Below are positions 43,101 to 56,828 of a stretch of 64,000 nt of DNA, in pieces (within the stretch, counting starts at the first letter, position 1; every line of letters begins with the position of its first letter). Origin of the DNA: Alphaproteobacteria bacterium (GTDB taxonomy: Bacteria; Pseudomonadota; Alphaproteobacteria; UBA8317); the NCBI GenBank assembly GCA_038131935.1, contig JAYPQH010000032.1:179302-243301 (forward strand), in the 5' to 3' direction. Below the pieces are notes generated by a model that did no database searches, was not told the origin of the DNA, and was given only the letters and a program-made list of their open reading frames with translations. A program made the translations under genes and the position numbers.

Positions 43101-46100
43101 GATAATGGCGGGGGAACTGACGAATTGGACCAAGTCACCAACATTGCAAACATTATCTTTGGAAATGCCGCAACAGACTTGGTGATCAAAGATAGCCTTA
43201 TTGCAGATGATGCTTGGCTTAACTTGGATGCAAGATCGATTACATCTGGTTTCAGGCTAGACGCCTCTGCAGAGACCAACGGGAATATAATATTTGGAGG
43301 TAGCTCTTCTTCCGATATCATCATAGCCGGCAAAGGAAATTATCAAGCATTGCTGTCCTCTGGTAATGATGAAATTCATATGTCAAACCATCTTACAGCC
43401 GATGATTATATCGATGGTGGTCAAGATGGTGTGGACATACTCACCTTTGCCGACAATGGTGAGGGGACAGATGAATTGGCAAATGTGCGCCATTTTGAAA
43501 CAATCATTCTAGAAAATGCCAACACCGATATAGTCTTGACCAATAATGAACTTGTGGTGGCAGGCAAAACCATTCGGATAGACGCATCTGCCTTGGACCA
43601 AACCCATAGTTTGAGCATGAACCTTGCCAGTGAAACAGATGGTTATTTTGACATTACAGGTGGTCAAGGCGATGACGAATTTATTATGGATGCTCGTTTG
43701 TCTTCCGATGACCATGTTGATGGTGGAGATGGCATAGATACGTTGAGCTACTCTGATTTGGATGTGGACGATCTCACAGAACTAAACAATATCTCCAACA
43801 TCGAAATTATCCGTCCAAATGATTTTACAACAAAAATTATTGCACCAGACAGATTATTGGATGACACCTCAACGTTGACAATTGATGGCTCACTCATCAC
43901 TCAGCCTAATTTTCTTGACTTTGATGCAACAGCCGAAATTGCAGGAAATTACATTATTGAGGGCAGTACGGGGGATGACATTCTCAAAACCGGAGGTGGT
44001 AACGATAATATTAATGGTAATGATGGGGATGATCTCATCCACACAGGAACAGGGATTGATGTTGTTACCGCAGGTTCAGGTGATGACAGTATAAATTTTG
44101 GAACAGATCTTACCCTAGATGACCGTGTAGATGGTGGCACGGGAACAGATACCCTCATATTCCAAGGTAATCTGAATTCCACTTCAGCGTTAGATCAAGT
44201 CACCAATGTTGAAGTCATCACTCTCTTGGCATCTTCCACAACACTGGTTTTAAAAGACACTGTTGTGCAAACAGGCGCCAACCTGAGCATTGACGCCAGC
44301 TCATTCGAATTTGGGCAATTGATAACCTTGGATGCCACAGGGAAACTGACGGTCATATTTCCCTCACATCTGGCTTGGGCAACGACATTATTTCTGCTGG
44401 TGGTGGAAATGACAGTTTTGAAACTGGCGGTGGCAATGATCAGATTGCGATGGGTAACAATTTGACCTCAGAAGATCTTATTGATGGTGGTACGGGCAAT
44501 GATACCCTCACCTTCACAGACAGCAACAATGCTGCCGATGATCTTGATCAAGTTACCAATATCGAAACCATCATCTTAGAGGACGCAGCCACCACGATTA
44601 CCGTTGTGGACAGTACCGTGGCTGCAGATGCCCGTCTGCATATCAACGCGACAGCCTTAACAGCTGGTCAGGTTTTAACTTTAGACCTCTCTGCTGAAAC
44701 CAATGGCAACTACAAAATATCAAGTGGTGCTGATGATGATGTGATCACTGCAGGTGCAGGTGATGATGAATTCATCTTGGCTGACGGTAACGACCAATTG
44801 GCAATGGGACAAAATCTAACAAAAGATGACATCATCGATGGTGGTACGGGCAGTGATACCCTCACCTTCACAGACAGCAACAATGCTGCCGATGATCTTG
44901 ATCAAGTTACCAATATTGAAACCATCATCTTAGAGGATGCTGCCACCAACATAACAACCAAAGACAGTCTTGTAGCCAACGCTGCATCCCTTACTTTGAA
45001 TGCAGGGGCTCTTACTGCCACCAATAGCCTCATATTTGATGCCTCAGCAGAATTGGACGGTAACTTTGTGCTGACTGGTGGTGCAGGGAATGATCAGGTC
45101 ACGATGGGGCAAGGCACAGATCAAGTCTCCCTTGGCAATGGTGATGACCAGCTACATTTTAACGCCTTCCTCACTGCAGCAGATATCGTTGATGGGGGAG
45201 CAGGAGCAGATACCCTTACCTTCACAGACAATGGTCAGGGTACAGATGAACTCGATAATGTTCTGAACTTCGAAGCCATCACCTTAGGGGATGCTGCCAC
45301 AAATCTTGTTCTCACAGATAATCTTGTGGCTGCTACCGGTTCGTTCAGCATCAATGCCCAGGCTCTATCAACAGGAAATCATTTGGTGCTTGATGCCACA
45401 GCTGAGACAGATATCCTTTCAATTACCAGTGGCGGTGGCAATGATCAGATTGCGATGGGTAACAATTTGACCTCAGAAGATCTTATTGATGGTGGTACGG
45501 GCAATGATACCCTCACCTTCACAGACAGCAACAATGCTGCCGATGATCTTGATCAAGTTACCAATATCGAAACCATCATCTTAGAGGACGCAGCCACCAC
45601 GATTACCGTTGTGGACAGTACCGTGGCTGCAGATGCCCGTCTGCATATCAACGCGACAGCCTTAACAGCTGGTCAGGTTTTAACTTTAGACCTCTCTGCT
45701 GAAACCAATGGCAACTACAAAATATCAAGTGGTGCTGATGATGATGTGATCACTGCAGGTGCAGGTGATGATGAATTCATCTTGGCTGACGGTGACGACC
45801 AATTGGCAATGGGACAAAATCTAACAAAAGATGACATCATTGATGGTGGCGTAGGAACTGATACCCTCACCTTCACAGACAACAACAATGCTGCCGATGA
45901 TCTTGATCAAGTTACCAATATGGAAACCATCATCTTAGAGGATGCTGCCACCAACATAACAACCAAAGACAGTCTTGTAGCCAACGCTGCATCCCTTACT
46001 TTGAATGCAGGGGCTCTTACTGCCACCAATAGCCTCATATTTGATGCCTCAGCAGAATTGACGGTAACTTTGTGCTGACTGGTGGTGCAGGGAATGATCA

Positions 46101-49100
46101 GGTCACGATGGGGCAAGGCACAGATCTAGTCTCCCTTGGCAATGGTGATGACCAGCTACATTTTAACGCCTTCCTCACTGCAGCAGATATCGTTGATGGG
46201 GAGCAGGAGCAGATACCCTTACCTTCACAGACAATGGTCAGGGTACAGATGAACTCGATAATGTTCTGAACTTCGAAACCATCACCTTAGGGGATGCTGC
46301 CACAAATCTTGTTCTCACAGATAATATAGTGGCTGCTACCGGTTCGTTCAGCATCAATGCCCAGGCTCTATCAACAGGAAATCATTTGGTGCTTGATGCC
46401 ACAGCTGAGACAGATATCCTTTCAATTACCAGTGGCGGTGGCAATGATCAGATTGCGATGGGTAACAATTTGACCTCAGAAGATCTTATTGATGGTGGTA
46501 CGGGCAATGATACCCTCACCTTCACAGACAGCAACAATGCTGCCGATGATCTTGATCAAGTTACCAATATCGAAACCATCATCTTAGAGGACGCAGCCAC
46601 CACGATTACCGTTGTGGACAGTACCGTGGCTGCAGATGCCCGTCTGCATATCAACGCGACAGCCTTAACAGCTGGTCAGGTTTTAACTTTAGACCTCTCT
46701 GCTGAAACCAATGGCAACTACAAAATATCAAGTGGTGCTGATGATGATGTGATCACTGCAGGTGCAGGTGATGATGAATTCATCTTGGCTGACGGTAACG
46801 ACCAATTGGCAATGGGACAAAATCTAACAAAAGATGACATCATCGATGGTGGTACGGGCAGTGATACCCTCACCTTCACAGACAGCAACAATGCTGCCGA
46901 TGATCTTGATCAAGTTACCAATATTGAAACCATCATCTTAGAGGATGCTGCCACCAACATAACAACCAAAGACAGTCTTGTAGCCAACGCTGCCTCCCTT
47001 ACTTTGAATGCAGCGGCCCTTACTGCCACCAATAACCTCATATTTGATGCCTCAGCAGAGACAAACGGTAGTTTTGTGCTGACTGGTGGTGCAGGGAATG
47101 ATCAGGTCACGATGGGTCAAGGCACAGATCAAGTCTCCCTTGGCAATGGTGATGACCAGCTACATTTTAACGCCTTCCTCACTGCAGCGGATCTCGTGGA
47201 TGGGGGAGCAGGAGCAGATACCCTTACCTTCACAGACAATGGTCAGGGTACAGATGAACTCGATAATGTTCTGAACTTCGAAGCCATCACCTTAGGGGAT
47301 GCCACAACCAACCTGGTAACAAAAGATAGCCTCATTAATGACGGAGCATCACTTAGCATAGATGCACGTACAATCACGACAACAAACAGCCTAACATTCA
47401 ATGCCGCACAAGAAACCAATGGCAGCATTATTCTTACTGCAGGCTTAGGCACAAATGATGTGACATTAGGCGGACATAATGACAGCATTTATTTTGATGA
47501 TACGTTAACGTCCTCAGACCTCGTTGTGGGTGGTACAGGCAACGATACGCTCTATTTTATGGACAATGGGCTTGGAACTGACGAGCTAAATAACGTAACC
47601 CAAATCGAAAATATTGTCTTCGGCAATGCGGCAACCTCCATCGTTACGGTTGATGCGCTCGTTGGAACAGGACTGGCATTAGACCTTGATGCAAGCGCTC
47701 TCGATGCGGGGAACTCTTTTACCCTAAGGGCTTCACAAGAGAGTGATGGTTCTATCAACCTAACCGCTGGTGTTGGCGCTGTTGATTTGGTGATGGGACA
47801 ATCAGATGATACCATTTTGATGGGTACATATCTTGATGTTTCTGATGTTATCGATGGAGGATCAGGAAACGATACCCTCAGCTTTACAGGTGATTGGACA
47901 TCTACTGATAGACTGGACAATGTGACCAATGTTGAAAACATTGTTCTTGGGGACAATGAGACAAAATTGGTTCTTACTGACAACCTTGTTGGGCTTGGAC
48001 AAACCGTTAAAATTACCGCAGAAGCTGTTTCAGCAACAAACTATGTTAATATCATTGCAGAGGCCGAGACTGGTTCATTGCATCTCATAGGTGGCGCTGG
48101 TGGAGATCAATTCTTCATGGGTGAGTACCTTGATGCATCTGATATCATTGATGGAGGGTCTGGAACTGATAATTTATTTTTCACCGACGGTAATGGGGCA
48201 ACAAATGAACTTGATAACGTCACGGGTATTGAGAATATCTCCTTGGTGATGCCACAACAAAACCTGATTGTTACGAACAATTTTGTTTCACAAGGAACGG
48301 CCATCGCCTTGGTAGCAACCAATTTGAGCGCCTCAAGCTCCCTTACATTTGATGCTTCAGCTGAATTAGATGGCTATATTACTGTCATGGCTGGCCAAGG
48401 TGTTGACGATATCACATTGGGGCAGCTCAATGATACCATTTATATGGATGACAATCTTACCAGTGCCGATCAAATTGATGGTGCAGCTGGTGAAGACACC
48501 CTGCACTTTACCTACACCGGGGTGAATACCAATCTGTTGGATCAAGTTACCAATTTTGAAGCCATCGTCTTGGGAGATGCTGCGACAAACCTTGTTCTCA
48601 CCAACAATTTGGTAAGTAATGGTGGGACAACGACAATCAATGGAAGCAGTCTTTCCTCCTCCTAATAACCTCGTGATTGATGCTTCTTCTGAGACAGATG
48701 GTACGGTAAGTATAATAGGTGGTGCTGGTGATGACATCATCACCATGGGATCAACCTTGAATGCGCAAAACCAACTTGATGGTGGTGATGGAGCTGACAT
48801 ACTAGTATTCACTGATGCCAATTCTGCCACAGATGACCTTGATCAGGTTACCAATATGGAAACGATCAAATTCGGCAATGTGGCCACTGATGTCGTGACA
48901 TTGGATTCCCTCATTGCAGCCAATGTAACATTGAAAATACTGGGAGACGTTGCGCTAACCCAAGACATAACAATTGACGCATCAGCAGAGACTGATGGTC
49001 ATATTGACTTGTTTACAGGCTCAGGTGATGACCGTTTTACCGCCGGTCAGGGTAAGGATACCATTCGCACACAAGGTGGTGATGATATTGTTTATATGGG

Positions 49101-49740
49101 GCAAAACCTAACAAAGGATGATATCGTCGATGGAGGTACAAATGCTACGGCCACAGGTGATATTCTTCATTTTACCGACAATAATGGCGCCAGCAATGAT
49201 TTGGACCAAGTGACCAATTTTGAAAAAATTGTGTTGGGTGATGCCACCAGCTCTGTGACAACCTTGGACCAGCTCATCACGCAGGGTGAGACATTGATTG
49301 TAGACGCCCGATCTATTTCAGCTGGCAATAGCTTTACCTTTAATGCAACCGCTGAAACCAATGGACATATCGATATCACTGGTGGAGCTGGGGCAGATAT
49401 CATCAAAACAGGATCAGGAAACGATCTCATTGATGGCTTTGGGGGTGCTGACCAAATAACAACGGGCTCAGGTACTGATGTTATTACCATTACGCTTACA
49501 GGCCAAGATAATACGATAAATGATGCGGTGCGTATTAAGGACTTTGAAGATGGCGTGGATAAAATTGATATTGTTGGAACCGATGCATCAAATGTGCTCA
49601 TTACATCTGGACAAGGAAGTTTTACAGGCACCACCGTGTTGAGTTTCAACAATGGTCAGTTTGAAGAAATTTTGGCTATCATTGAAGGTATTGATGACAG
49701 CCTCATCACCAATAATGGTGTTGGTGCGGATATTATCTAA
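37171..49740 (+). CDS. Giant cadherin/RTX-like repeat surface protein, about 4,190 aa (split by several indels and one in-frame TAA)
   Basis: Consecutive + strand ORFs 36895-49740 continue the same modules: N-terminal region, cadherin-like domains, KG...DTNGD...APVGANVISPLTTL domain, 27 Gly/Asp-rich modules, C-terminal IKDFEDGVDKID. Start could be 37147, 37159 or 37171. Confidence 0.8.
44425..47302 (+). repeat. Near-identical 1005-bp tandem repeat, about 2.9 copies, inside the giant gene
   Basis: TGGCGGTGGCAATGATCAGATTGCG at 44425, 45430 and 46433; match of the third copy ends at 47302. Confidence 0.95.
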
Positions 49741-49769
49741 GAAAAAACCAAGCATAGCTTATATTGATA

Positions 49770-49798
49770 TGACGAGCCTTTAAAAATATGGCTCGTCA
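49770..49798. terminator. Hairpin between the giant gene and convergent NnrU-family gene
   Basis: TGACGAGCC...GGCTCGTCA. Confidence 0.55.
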
Positions 49799-49834
49799 GA
49801 GGGCTGGCATGGTGCCATTTACAGCAAATGTCCT

Positions 49835-50383
49835 TTACCCAAAAACGGGATAGCCAAGACCTTGATGAACTGTGCTGATAAGAAAATACACCACAAACGT
49901 TGATAAAACTGCCAAAATTTCCTTGAATGGCTGAATTGAAACTGATGGGAGAGCAGGTTTACCATCTTGTTTGTTGATAATGATCAACTGCACCACAGAC
50001 CATATAAGTAGCCCCCCAAATAGGATGAATGAGCTGCTATCCCCATTAACAAAGATATGTGCAATAGCCCATGCTTTGAAACCACTTAATTGTAGATGTC
50101 TGATCTTTCCAGAAATCCATGGTTTAAACCCTGATGCTACAAATAAATACACCGCAATGAGCACAAGTAGATTATTTATTCCAACCAAGGCCGGATGACG
50201 GTCCCAAAAAACAATAGGGGAAATGCTGCTATAGCCTTGATGCATAAGATATATGGAAAGGATTAATACGAGGGCCATGATACCTTTTCCTGGCATCCCC
50301 AATTTTGCCCGTAATGGAGGAAGAATGCGACCAAACAAATGTCCAAAAAACCACAAGAAAACGCCTGCTATCAGGGTAACCAT
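49835..50383 (-). CDS. NnrU family membrane protein
   Basis: GVFLWFFGH, IRHLQLSGFKAWAIAHIFVNGD, LFGG, C-terminal H...GYPVFG. Confidence 0.85.
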   Translation of the reverse strand: MVTLIAGVFLWFFGHLFGRILPPLRAKLGMPGKGIMALVLILSIYLMHQGYSSISPIVFWDRHPALVGINNLLVLIAVYLFVASGFKPWISGKIRHLQLSGFKAWAIAHIFVNGDSSSFILFGGLLIWSVVQLIIINKQDGKPALPSVSIQPFKEILAVLSTFVVYFLISTVHQGLGYPVFG

Positions 50384-50564
50384 TATGTAATCCTTTCATA
50401 ATCATGCTGATAATTTATTGTTCGTAAAAGGCAAAATTTTATCTTCTAAGCTCATCCTCACCAAGCCAATCGAGCAGAGCCAACCCGCTCAAGACATCCA
50501 AGCTTATTGCGACATGAGCAAATACAACACCTCACAAATTGGGCATATCAGCACTTTGGCAAGA

Positions 50565-51643
50565 TTACCCTTTGCCCGCTTCTCCCACAACAAGTTTCCT
50601 GTTGCTCAAATGTTCCCCAAACGCTGACAATTGCTTCATGAGGTCTCTTACAGAGAGACTTTGAACCGCATGAAATTTGCTCCCTGCCCAAAGGCTTTGA
50701 TATTCTCCATCGGATGCATTGACGGCATCTCGACGCAGCTGAGCGGTTAATGTGTTTTGCAGTGGAAAAGATAAAATCTTTTCACCCTCCATGCTTTTCG
50801 TGAAAACATTCTCTATGCCACGCGCTCTTCTACCTGAAAAAGCCCTGGTAAAAACTGTAGGTCGTTTTTGTTCATGCATCAAAAAATGACGATAAATTTC
50901 GTTACTACCTGCCTCATGACAGCATAAAAAGGCAGTTCCCATTTGAACCCCAGCAGCCCCAATGGCCATTCGTTCAGCAATATCAAATGCTGTCATCACA
51001 CCACCAGAAGATACAATCGGCAAATGAACCCCTCGACAAAGCATTTTGAGCAAATCCACGGCATTCCATTCTTGATCTTCGTGAGGATATGGATCAAATG
51101 TTCCACGATGACCACCAGCTTCAGCACCTTGCGCCACAATGAAATCACATCCGATATCTTGTATCGAGACAGCCTCTTTAAGGCTTGTCGCACTCACCCT
51201 ACTTTCATACCGAAGCTATGAGCGCGCTCGATAACAGACCGAGGTGGCAACCCAAAATGAAATGTCAGAACAGACGGCTTATGCACCCAAACGGGAGCCA
51301 ATTGGGCCTCCAAATCTTGAAAATAAGGAGCCTGAGGAACGCTGTGCATAACATCTTTCCCAAGAGGTAATTTGCATAAAGATGTACATGCTGCTGTAAT
51401 TTCCTCCTCAGCGGGTGGCTCCACATCTGAAAAGATAAAAAAATTAGCATTTAAAGGTCCCTGTGTCCTTTCTTTTGCAGCCATCAGATCAGCATGAATT
51501 TGTGTCGGCGATGAATAGGCAAAACCAAAACTACCCACACCACCTGCTTCACATACCTCAGAAACCAGGTCTACAGTCGTAATTCCGCCCGCCATAGGCG
51601 CCTGAATAATGGGCAAAGAAGAACCCAATAGAGAATTAGGCAT
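50565..51643 (-). CDS. Nitronate monooxygenase family flavoprotein (frameshift near 51197)
   Basis: PIIQAPMAGG, FHFGLP, AQGAEAGGHRGTF, QMGTAFL, TRAFSGRRARG, SLWAG. Confidence 0.9.
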
Positions 51644-51708
51644 GGTGAAGTTCCTCAAGACAACGTAATAATGTTTTGTTACTACGATATCAGACTGGGC
51701 ACAAATCC

Positions 51709-52464
51709 ATGGATCCATTAACGGCATTTTATATTCTTGCAGCCTTTTTTGCGGGTGGTTTAATTAAGGGTGCAACCGGTGCTGGTGTGCCTTTAATTGT
51801 TGTGCCTGTTATTTCAGCGCTGTATGATGTTCCCACAGCGGTGGCTATTTTTGCATTGCCGAGCCTGTTTTCAAATATTTGGCAGTGTTGGCAATACCGA
51901 AACCATCAGAACACAGGGACATTTGCGTATATTTTTGCCGGTGCAGGTCTTGTAGGTACAGCGGTAGGCTCTGTAGGACTCGCCTTAATACCTTCAACGG
52001 TTTTGTCTCTTGGATTAAGTATGATTGTATTTATTTACCTCATCTTTATCCGGCTAAAACCTGAATGGTCACTTACCCATAAGACAGCTCAAAAAATGGC
52101 GCCCGTCGTTGGGTTTTTAAGTGGAATCATGCAAGGCTCAGCGGGTATTTCAGCACCTCTTTCAATCACTTTCTTGCATGCTTTAAAGTTACAACGACAA
52201 GAATTCATTGCCGTGGTGTCCATCTTTTTTGTCGCCATGACCATTTCACAAATTCCAATGCTGATCGGCCTAGAAATTCTAACGACCGAACGGGCACTAT
52301 ATGGGGTAATGGGGACAATATTTTTGTTCATCTCCATGCCTATTGGAAACCGCTGTGCTTCAAAGGTATCTCGAGAGACGTTTGATAAACTGTTGCAATT
52401 GATCATGGTTGTTATGGCAAGCAGTTTGATGATCAAAGTCATGATGGAGACCATGGCCTCGTAA
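51709..52464 (+). CDS. TauE/SafE (TSUP) family exporter
   Basis: GLIKGATGAG, about 8 TM segments, GSAGISAP. Confidence 0.85.
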   Translation: MDPLTAFYILAAFFAGGLIKGATGAGVPLIVVPVISALYDVPTAVAIFALPSLFSNIWQCWQYRNHQNTGTFAYIFAGAGLVGTAVGSVGLALIPSTVLSLGLSMIVFIYLIFIRLKPEWSLTHKTAQKMAPVVGFLSGIMQGSAGISAPLSITFLHALKLQRQEFIAVVSIFFVAMTISQIPMLIGLEILTTERALYGVMGTIFLFISMPIGNRCASKVSRETFDKLLQLIMVVMASSLMIKVMMETMAS

Positions 52465-52526
52465 AGAAACCTTATGATGAGGGGTCAACATATTAAAGTT
52501 TTAACTGCAAGAAAATTTTTCTAACC

Positions 52527-54071
52527 TTACTCCAGTTCTATTGTGCCTGGAGGCTTCGAGGTAACATCATAAAGCACCCGATTAACACCGGACACTTCAT
52601 TAATGATGCGGGTTGCCACCTTTGATAAAAAGTCATGCTGAAACGGATAAGAATCTGCTGTCATGCCATCGGTTGATGTAACAGCACGCAAGCAAAGCAT
52701 TCTCTCATAGGTTCTTCCATCACCCATTACGCCAACAGATCGGACCGGCAACAATGCGGCGAAGGCTTGCCAAATTTCATCATAAAGACCTGCCTTGCGT
52801 ATTTCATCTAAATAGATGGCATCTGCTTTCTGCAATATTTGCACCGAACCAGCATCAACAGCACCAGGGATTCTAATAGCCAAGCCAGGTCCAGGGAAAG
52901 GATGTCGCCCAACGAAAACATCAGGTAACCCTAGATGCCGGCCTAACTCCCTGACTTCATCCTTAAACAGCTCACGCAAAGGTTCTACGAGTTTCATACC
53001 CATGCGTTCTGGCAGACCTCCGACATTATGATGTGACTTGATGGTCACACTTGGACCACCATCAAAGGATACCGACTCAATCACATCGGGGTACAATGTG
53101 CCCTGCGCCAGAAAATCTGCACCACCCAGTTTTTGAGCTTCTGCTTCAAAAATTTCTACAAAAAGAGCACCAATAGTTTTTCGTTTTACCTCAGGGTCAG
53201 CAATATCCTTTAATGCTGAAAGAAAACGTTCTCCCGCGTCAACGGCAATTAATTTAATGTTGTAATGGGTTCTAAAAAGCTCAACGACTTCGTCTGCCTC
53301 CCCCATGCGCATCAAACCTGTATCTACGAATATACAGGTTAACTGTGTGCCAATAGCTTCGTGAATGAGCACCGCGGTAACCGCTGAATCCACCCCACCC
53401 GATAAGCCACAGATCACTGGTGCATCCCCAACTTGTTGGCGAATTTTTTCGATCATTTGCTCACGATAAGCTTTCATGTTCCAATCAGGAATTATTCCGC
53501 AAACATCTACTGCAAATCGCTGTAATAATTTACCGCCATCGGGGGTATGTATAACTTCTGGGTGGAACTGTACCCCATAAAAGCCACGGCTTGGATCGCC
53601 AATAACAGCATTAGGTGCTCCAGATGATTTGGCTAGGGTTACAAAGCCATCTGGAAGTCTTTCAACACGGTCCGCGTGTGACATCCAAACAATATGCTCC
53701 GTACCATTTGCCCAAACACCTCGTGTCAAATCAGCATCTTCAACAACTTCAATTGTAGCCTTTCCAAATTCCCTATGATGGTGAGGAGCCACAAGGCCTC
53801 CCAGCTGATGACACATTAACTGTTGACCGTAGCAAATACCCAAAATAGGGATCCCTCGCGTGAAGAAACAATCTGGAAGTCGAGGAGAATTTGGTTCTAA
53901 AACACTTGCTGGTCCGCCTGAAAGAATAACACCCTTTGGCTGCAGAGCCTCATAAGCAACCTGAGCTTTTTGAAAAGGATGGATTTCACAATAGACACCA
54001 TATTCTCGTAAGCGTCGTGCTATGAGCTGGGTAACCTGGGAACCAAAGTCAACAATAAGTATTTTCCCCAA
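52527..54071 (-). CDS. guaA: GMP synthase (glutamine-hydrolysing)
   Basis: [46 protein letters not shown]. Confidence 0.97.
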   Translation of the reverse strand: MGKILIVDFGSQVTQLIARRLREYGVYCEIHPFQKAQVAYEALQPKGVILSGGPASVLEPNSPRLPDCFFTRGIPILGICYGQQLMCHQLGGLVAPHHHREFGKATIEVVEDADLTRGVWANGTEHIVWMSHADRVERLPDGFVTLAKSSGAPNAVIGDPSRGFYGVQFHPEVIHTPDGGKLLQRFAVDVCGIIPDWNMKAYREQMIEKIRQQVGDAPVICGLSGGVDSAVTAVLIHEAIGTQLTCIFVDTGLMRMGEADEVVELFRTHYNIKLIAVDAGERFLSALKDIADPEVKRKTIGALFVEIFEAEAQKLGGADFLAQGTLYPDVIESVSFDGGPSVTIKSHHNVGGLPERMGMKLVEPLRELFKDEVRELGRHLGLPDVFVGRHPFPGPGLAIRIPGAVDAGSVQILQKADAIYLDEIRKAGLYDEIWQAFAALLPVRSVGVMGDGRTYERMLCLRAVTSTDGMTADSYPFQHDFLSKVATRIINEVSGVNRVLYDVTSKPPGTIELE

Positions 54072-54143
54072 TATCCTATCCTCTCCATAAAATAGCTTGT
54101 GCTTTATGCTGCGCTACACCAATTGGCACATGCAAGTGAAGAG

Positions 54144-55351
54144 TTAGCCGAGGTTAGATTGAAGAATAGACAAGAAAAAGCCATCCATTTTATGTTCCTC
54201 AGGTGTTAGTTGGAGAGCTGAGCCAACATAACCCTGGGCAATGGGCGGAAGTTTAAGATCAGCCCACTTTAACCTGATATCAATAGGTTCAAGGTAAGGA
54301 TATTGTTTCAATAACCAAGAGATTTGGTCTTGGTTTTCTGATGAGAATAACGAGCAAGTTGAGTAGATCAACTGCCCTCTAGGTGCCAAACACTTGATGG
54401 CTGAATGTATGATATCCCTCTGTTTATGTACAAAATTATTCAGATCATCTTTTGACAACTGCCACCGTCTCTCAGGTTGTCGACGCCAAGTACCACTGCC
54501 CGAACATGGCACATCAACCCAGACGATATCATAAGTTTCCTTTGGTTTGCTGCTGCAAATATGAGGCAATACCAATCCAGCACGACGAAACCTCAGTGCA
54601 ATATCATGCATACGGCTTGGGTCTGCATCAAATGCACTCATAGAACAGTCAGGTCGAAGAGAATTCAAAAGAAGACCCTTTCCCCCTCCCCCTGCACAGA
54701 AATCCAATATGCTTAATCCTGACCTATCAGGTTTCGCCAACAAGCATGCAAGCTGGGATGATTCATCTTGAACTTCGAGTAACCCTTCAAGCTCAGACGG
54801 CAAGTCAGAGAATTTCCAGCTTTGACCCTCATGATTTTTTTGCCACCCAAATGGTGAGTAAAAAGTCCGCTCAAACCCAAAGCTCTCCATGATATTTTTA
54901 TTTTTTAATGGATTATGAGGATGCTCACGCAAGGTGATGCTGGCACGATCTTGTAACGCCTGTGCGGTTTTTTCCTGATGGAAACAGGGGAAGCATCCAA
55001 TCAGGAACATTTGTTACATGACCTTGGAATACTGGTATTTCACCGCATTGCTGGAAAGCTTGGGCCACATGGGGCAATCTATGACCACATCCCATGCTGA
55101 CAATTTCCTCAGGGTTTTGGTCCGTTAGGTGCGCATGGATAGCGATCACCATGGCCAGGTCGTCAGAGGCGCCAAATGAACAACGCCAGCGGGCGATATC
55201 AAACAAATGTGAACCAATTATCCTTCTATCTCGTGACCCCGCAAACCCAGTGTTGCGCAGCCCATGAACGTACCGCTGAAGTGATAAGTTGACCTTGGCT
55301 TATCCTTGGCCAAATTTCATGAGCCGCCAATATATGAGCTGCAGGCGTCAT
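54144..55351 (-). CDS. RsmB/NOP family RNA m5C methyltransferase (frameshifted)
   Basis: Start MTPAAH overlaps the guaB stop (ATGA); VQDESSQL, DFCAGGGGK, DVPCSGSGTWRR, YSTCS, DGFF. Confidence 0.85.
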
Positions 55352-56805
55352 GACTGCGAGTAGTTTGGGCTTTCCCTGGTTATGGTCACATCATGAACAT
55401 GACTTTCACGAAGACCAGCAGCAGAAATTCTTACAAACTCCGCCCGCTGAGTAAACTCGGTCAAACTGCGCGAACCAGTATACCCCATAGCGGCCTTTAA
55501 GCCACCTGTGAGCTGATGCAAAATTTGTAATGAGGATCCTTTATAAGGCACCCTACCTTCTACACCTTCTGGAACATACTTCAATTGATCCCCAACTTCC
55601 TGCTGAAAGTAACGGTCAGCTGATCCTCGAGCCATGGCACCAACTGAACCCATGCCACGATACCTCTTGTAAGACCGTCCTTGAAACAAAAATACTTCAC
55701 CAGGGCTCTCATCTGTACCTGCGAGTAGAGATCCAACCATGGCACAATTCGCACCAGCAGCAAGTGCCTTAGCCAAATCCCCTGAAAATTTAATGCCACC
55801 GTCAGCAACAATGGTTGTTTTATGTCCTGCTGCAGCTTCCACACAATCCATGATCGCGGTCAATTGGGGCACACCGACACCAGCAACAATTCTGGTTGTA
55901 CAAATCGAGCCGGGGCCGATTCCCACTTTGACCACATCAGCGCCTGCTTCGATAAGCGCGAGCGTTGCTGCTGCTGTTGCAACATTACCAGCCATAACAT
56001 CAACGTCAGGAGCATAATTTTTTATGTCTCTAACAGCCTCTGCAACCTTAACAGAATGGCCATGAGCGGTGTCTATAACCAAAAGATCAACGCCTGCATC
56101 TACCAATGCTCGCGAACGTTCAGCACCTGCCGTACCAGTGGTGGATGCTGCAGCAACCCTTAGCCTACCTTGGTCATCTTTACAGGCTTCTGGATATTGA
56201 CGTGCTTTTTCAATATCCTTCACCGTTATAAGACCGACACAGCGATGATTTTCGTCCACAACAATCAACTTTTCAATACGATGTTGATGGAGGAGCTTTT
56301 TTGCATCATCCATGCTGACATTTTCGCGAACAGTAATGAGATTATCAGCCGTCATGAGCGCGCGAACAGGTGCTCTATCATCATCGGCAAATCGAATATC
56401 TCTGTTGGTAAGAATGCCAACAAGACGGCCATTTTCAGGTGTAACAACCGGTATCCCAGAAATATTATAGGAGTCCATTAAATTAATGGCCTCCGACAAC
56501 TGGGCGTCAGGCCCTATGGTCACAGGATTTACAACCATGCCCGATTCAAATTTCTTCACCTGCCGAACTTGCTCCGCTTGCGTGGCAATGTCTAAGTTTC
56601 TGTGTAGCACGCCCATCCCACCAGATTGGGCCATTACGATTGCCATTTGCGCTTCTGTTACGGTATCCATCGCGGATGAAATGAGTGGAATCCCTAATTC
56701 AATTTTTTCAGTAAGCTTTGTCTTAATATTCGTTTGATGCGGCATAACATCTGATGACTGAGGCACCAGCAAAACATCATCAAAAGTTAGTCCTTCACGA
56801 ATCAT
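55348..56805 (-). CDS. guaB: IMP dehydrogenase
   Basis: [11 protein letters not shown] pair, [24 protein letters not shown]. Confidence 0.98.
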   Translation of the reverse strand: MIREGLTFDDVLLVPQSSDVMPHQTNIKTKLTEKIELGIPLISSAMDTVTEAQMAIVMAQSGGMGVLHRNLDIATQAEQVRQVKKFESGMVVNPVTIGPDAQLSEAINLMDSYNISGIPVVTPENGRLVGILTNRDIRFADDDRAPVRALMTADNLITVRENVSMDDAKKLLHQHRIEKLIVVDENHRCVGLITVKDIEKARQYPEACKDDQGRLRVAAASTTGTAGAERSRALVDAGVDLLVIDTAHGHSVKVAEAVRDIKNYAPDVDVMAGNVATAAATLALIEAGADVVKVGIGPGSICTTRIVAGVGVPQLTAIMDCVEAAAGHKTTIVADGGIKFSGDLAKALAAGANCAMVGSLLAGTDESPGEVFLFQGRSYKRYRGMGSVGAMARGSADRYFQQEVGDQLKYVPEGVEGRVPYKGSSLQILHQLTGGLKAAMGYTGSRSLTEFTQRAEFVRISAAGLRESHVHDVTITRESPNYSQS

Positions 56806-56828
56806 TTTATTTCCCTTGAACTGAAAGC

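Noticed and set aside
44425-47302. Repeats as a CRISPR array or mobile element
   Set aside because: Units are long, in-frame coding modules with no unique spacers, cas genes or transposase.
48235-48265. Odd peptide SLVMPQQNL inside an adhesin module
   Set aside because: The alternative frame reads LGDATT, the module consensus, so this is a compensating indel pair and probably a sequencing error.
51194-51197. TGA in the nitronate monooxygenase gene as selenocysteine or readthrough
   Set aside because: The downstream half is in a different frame; adding one G to the G-run restores VGVSAT.
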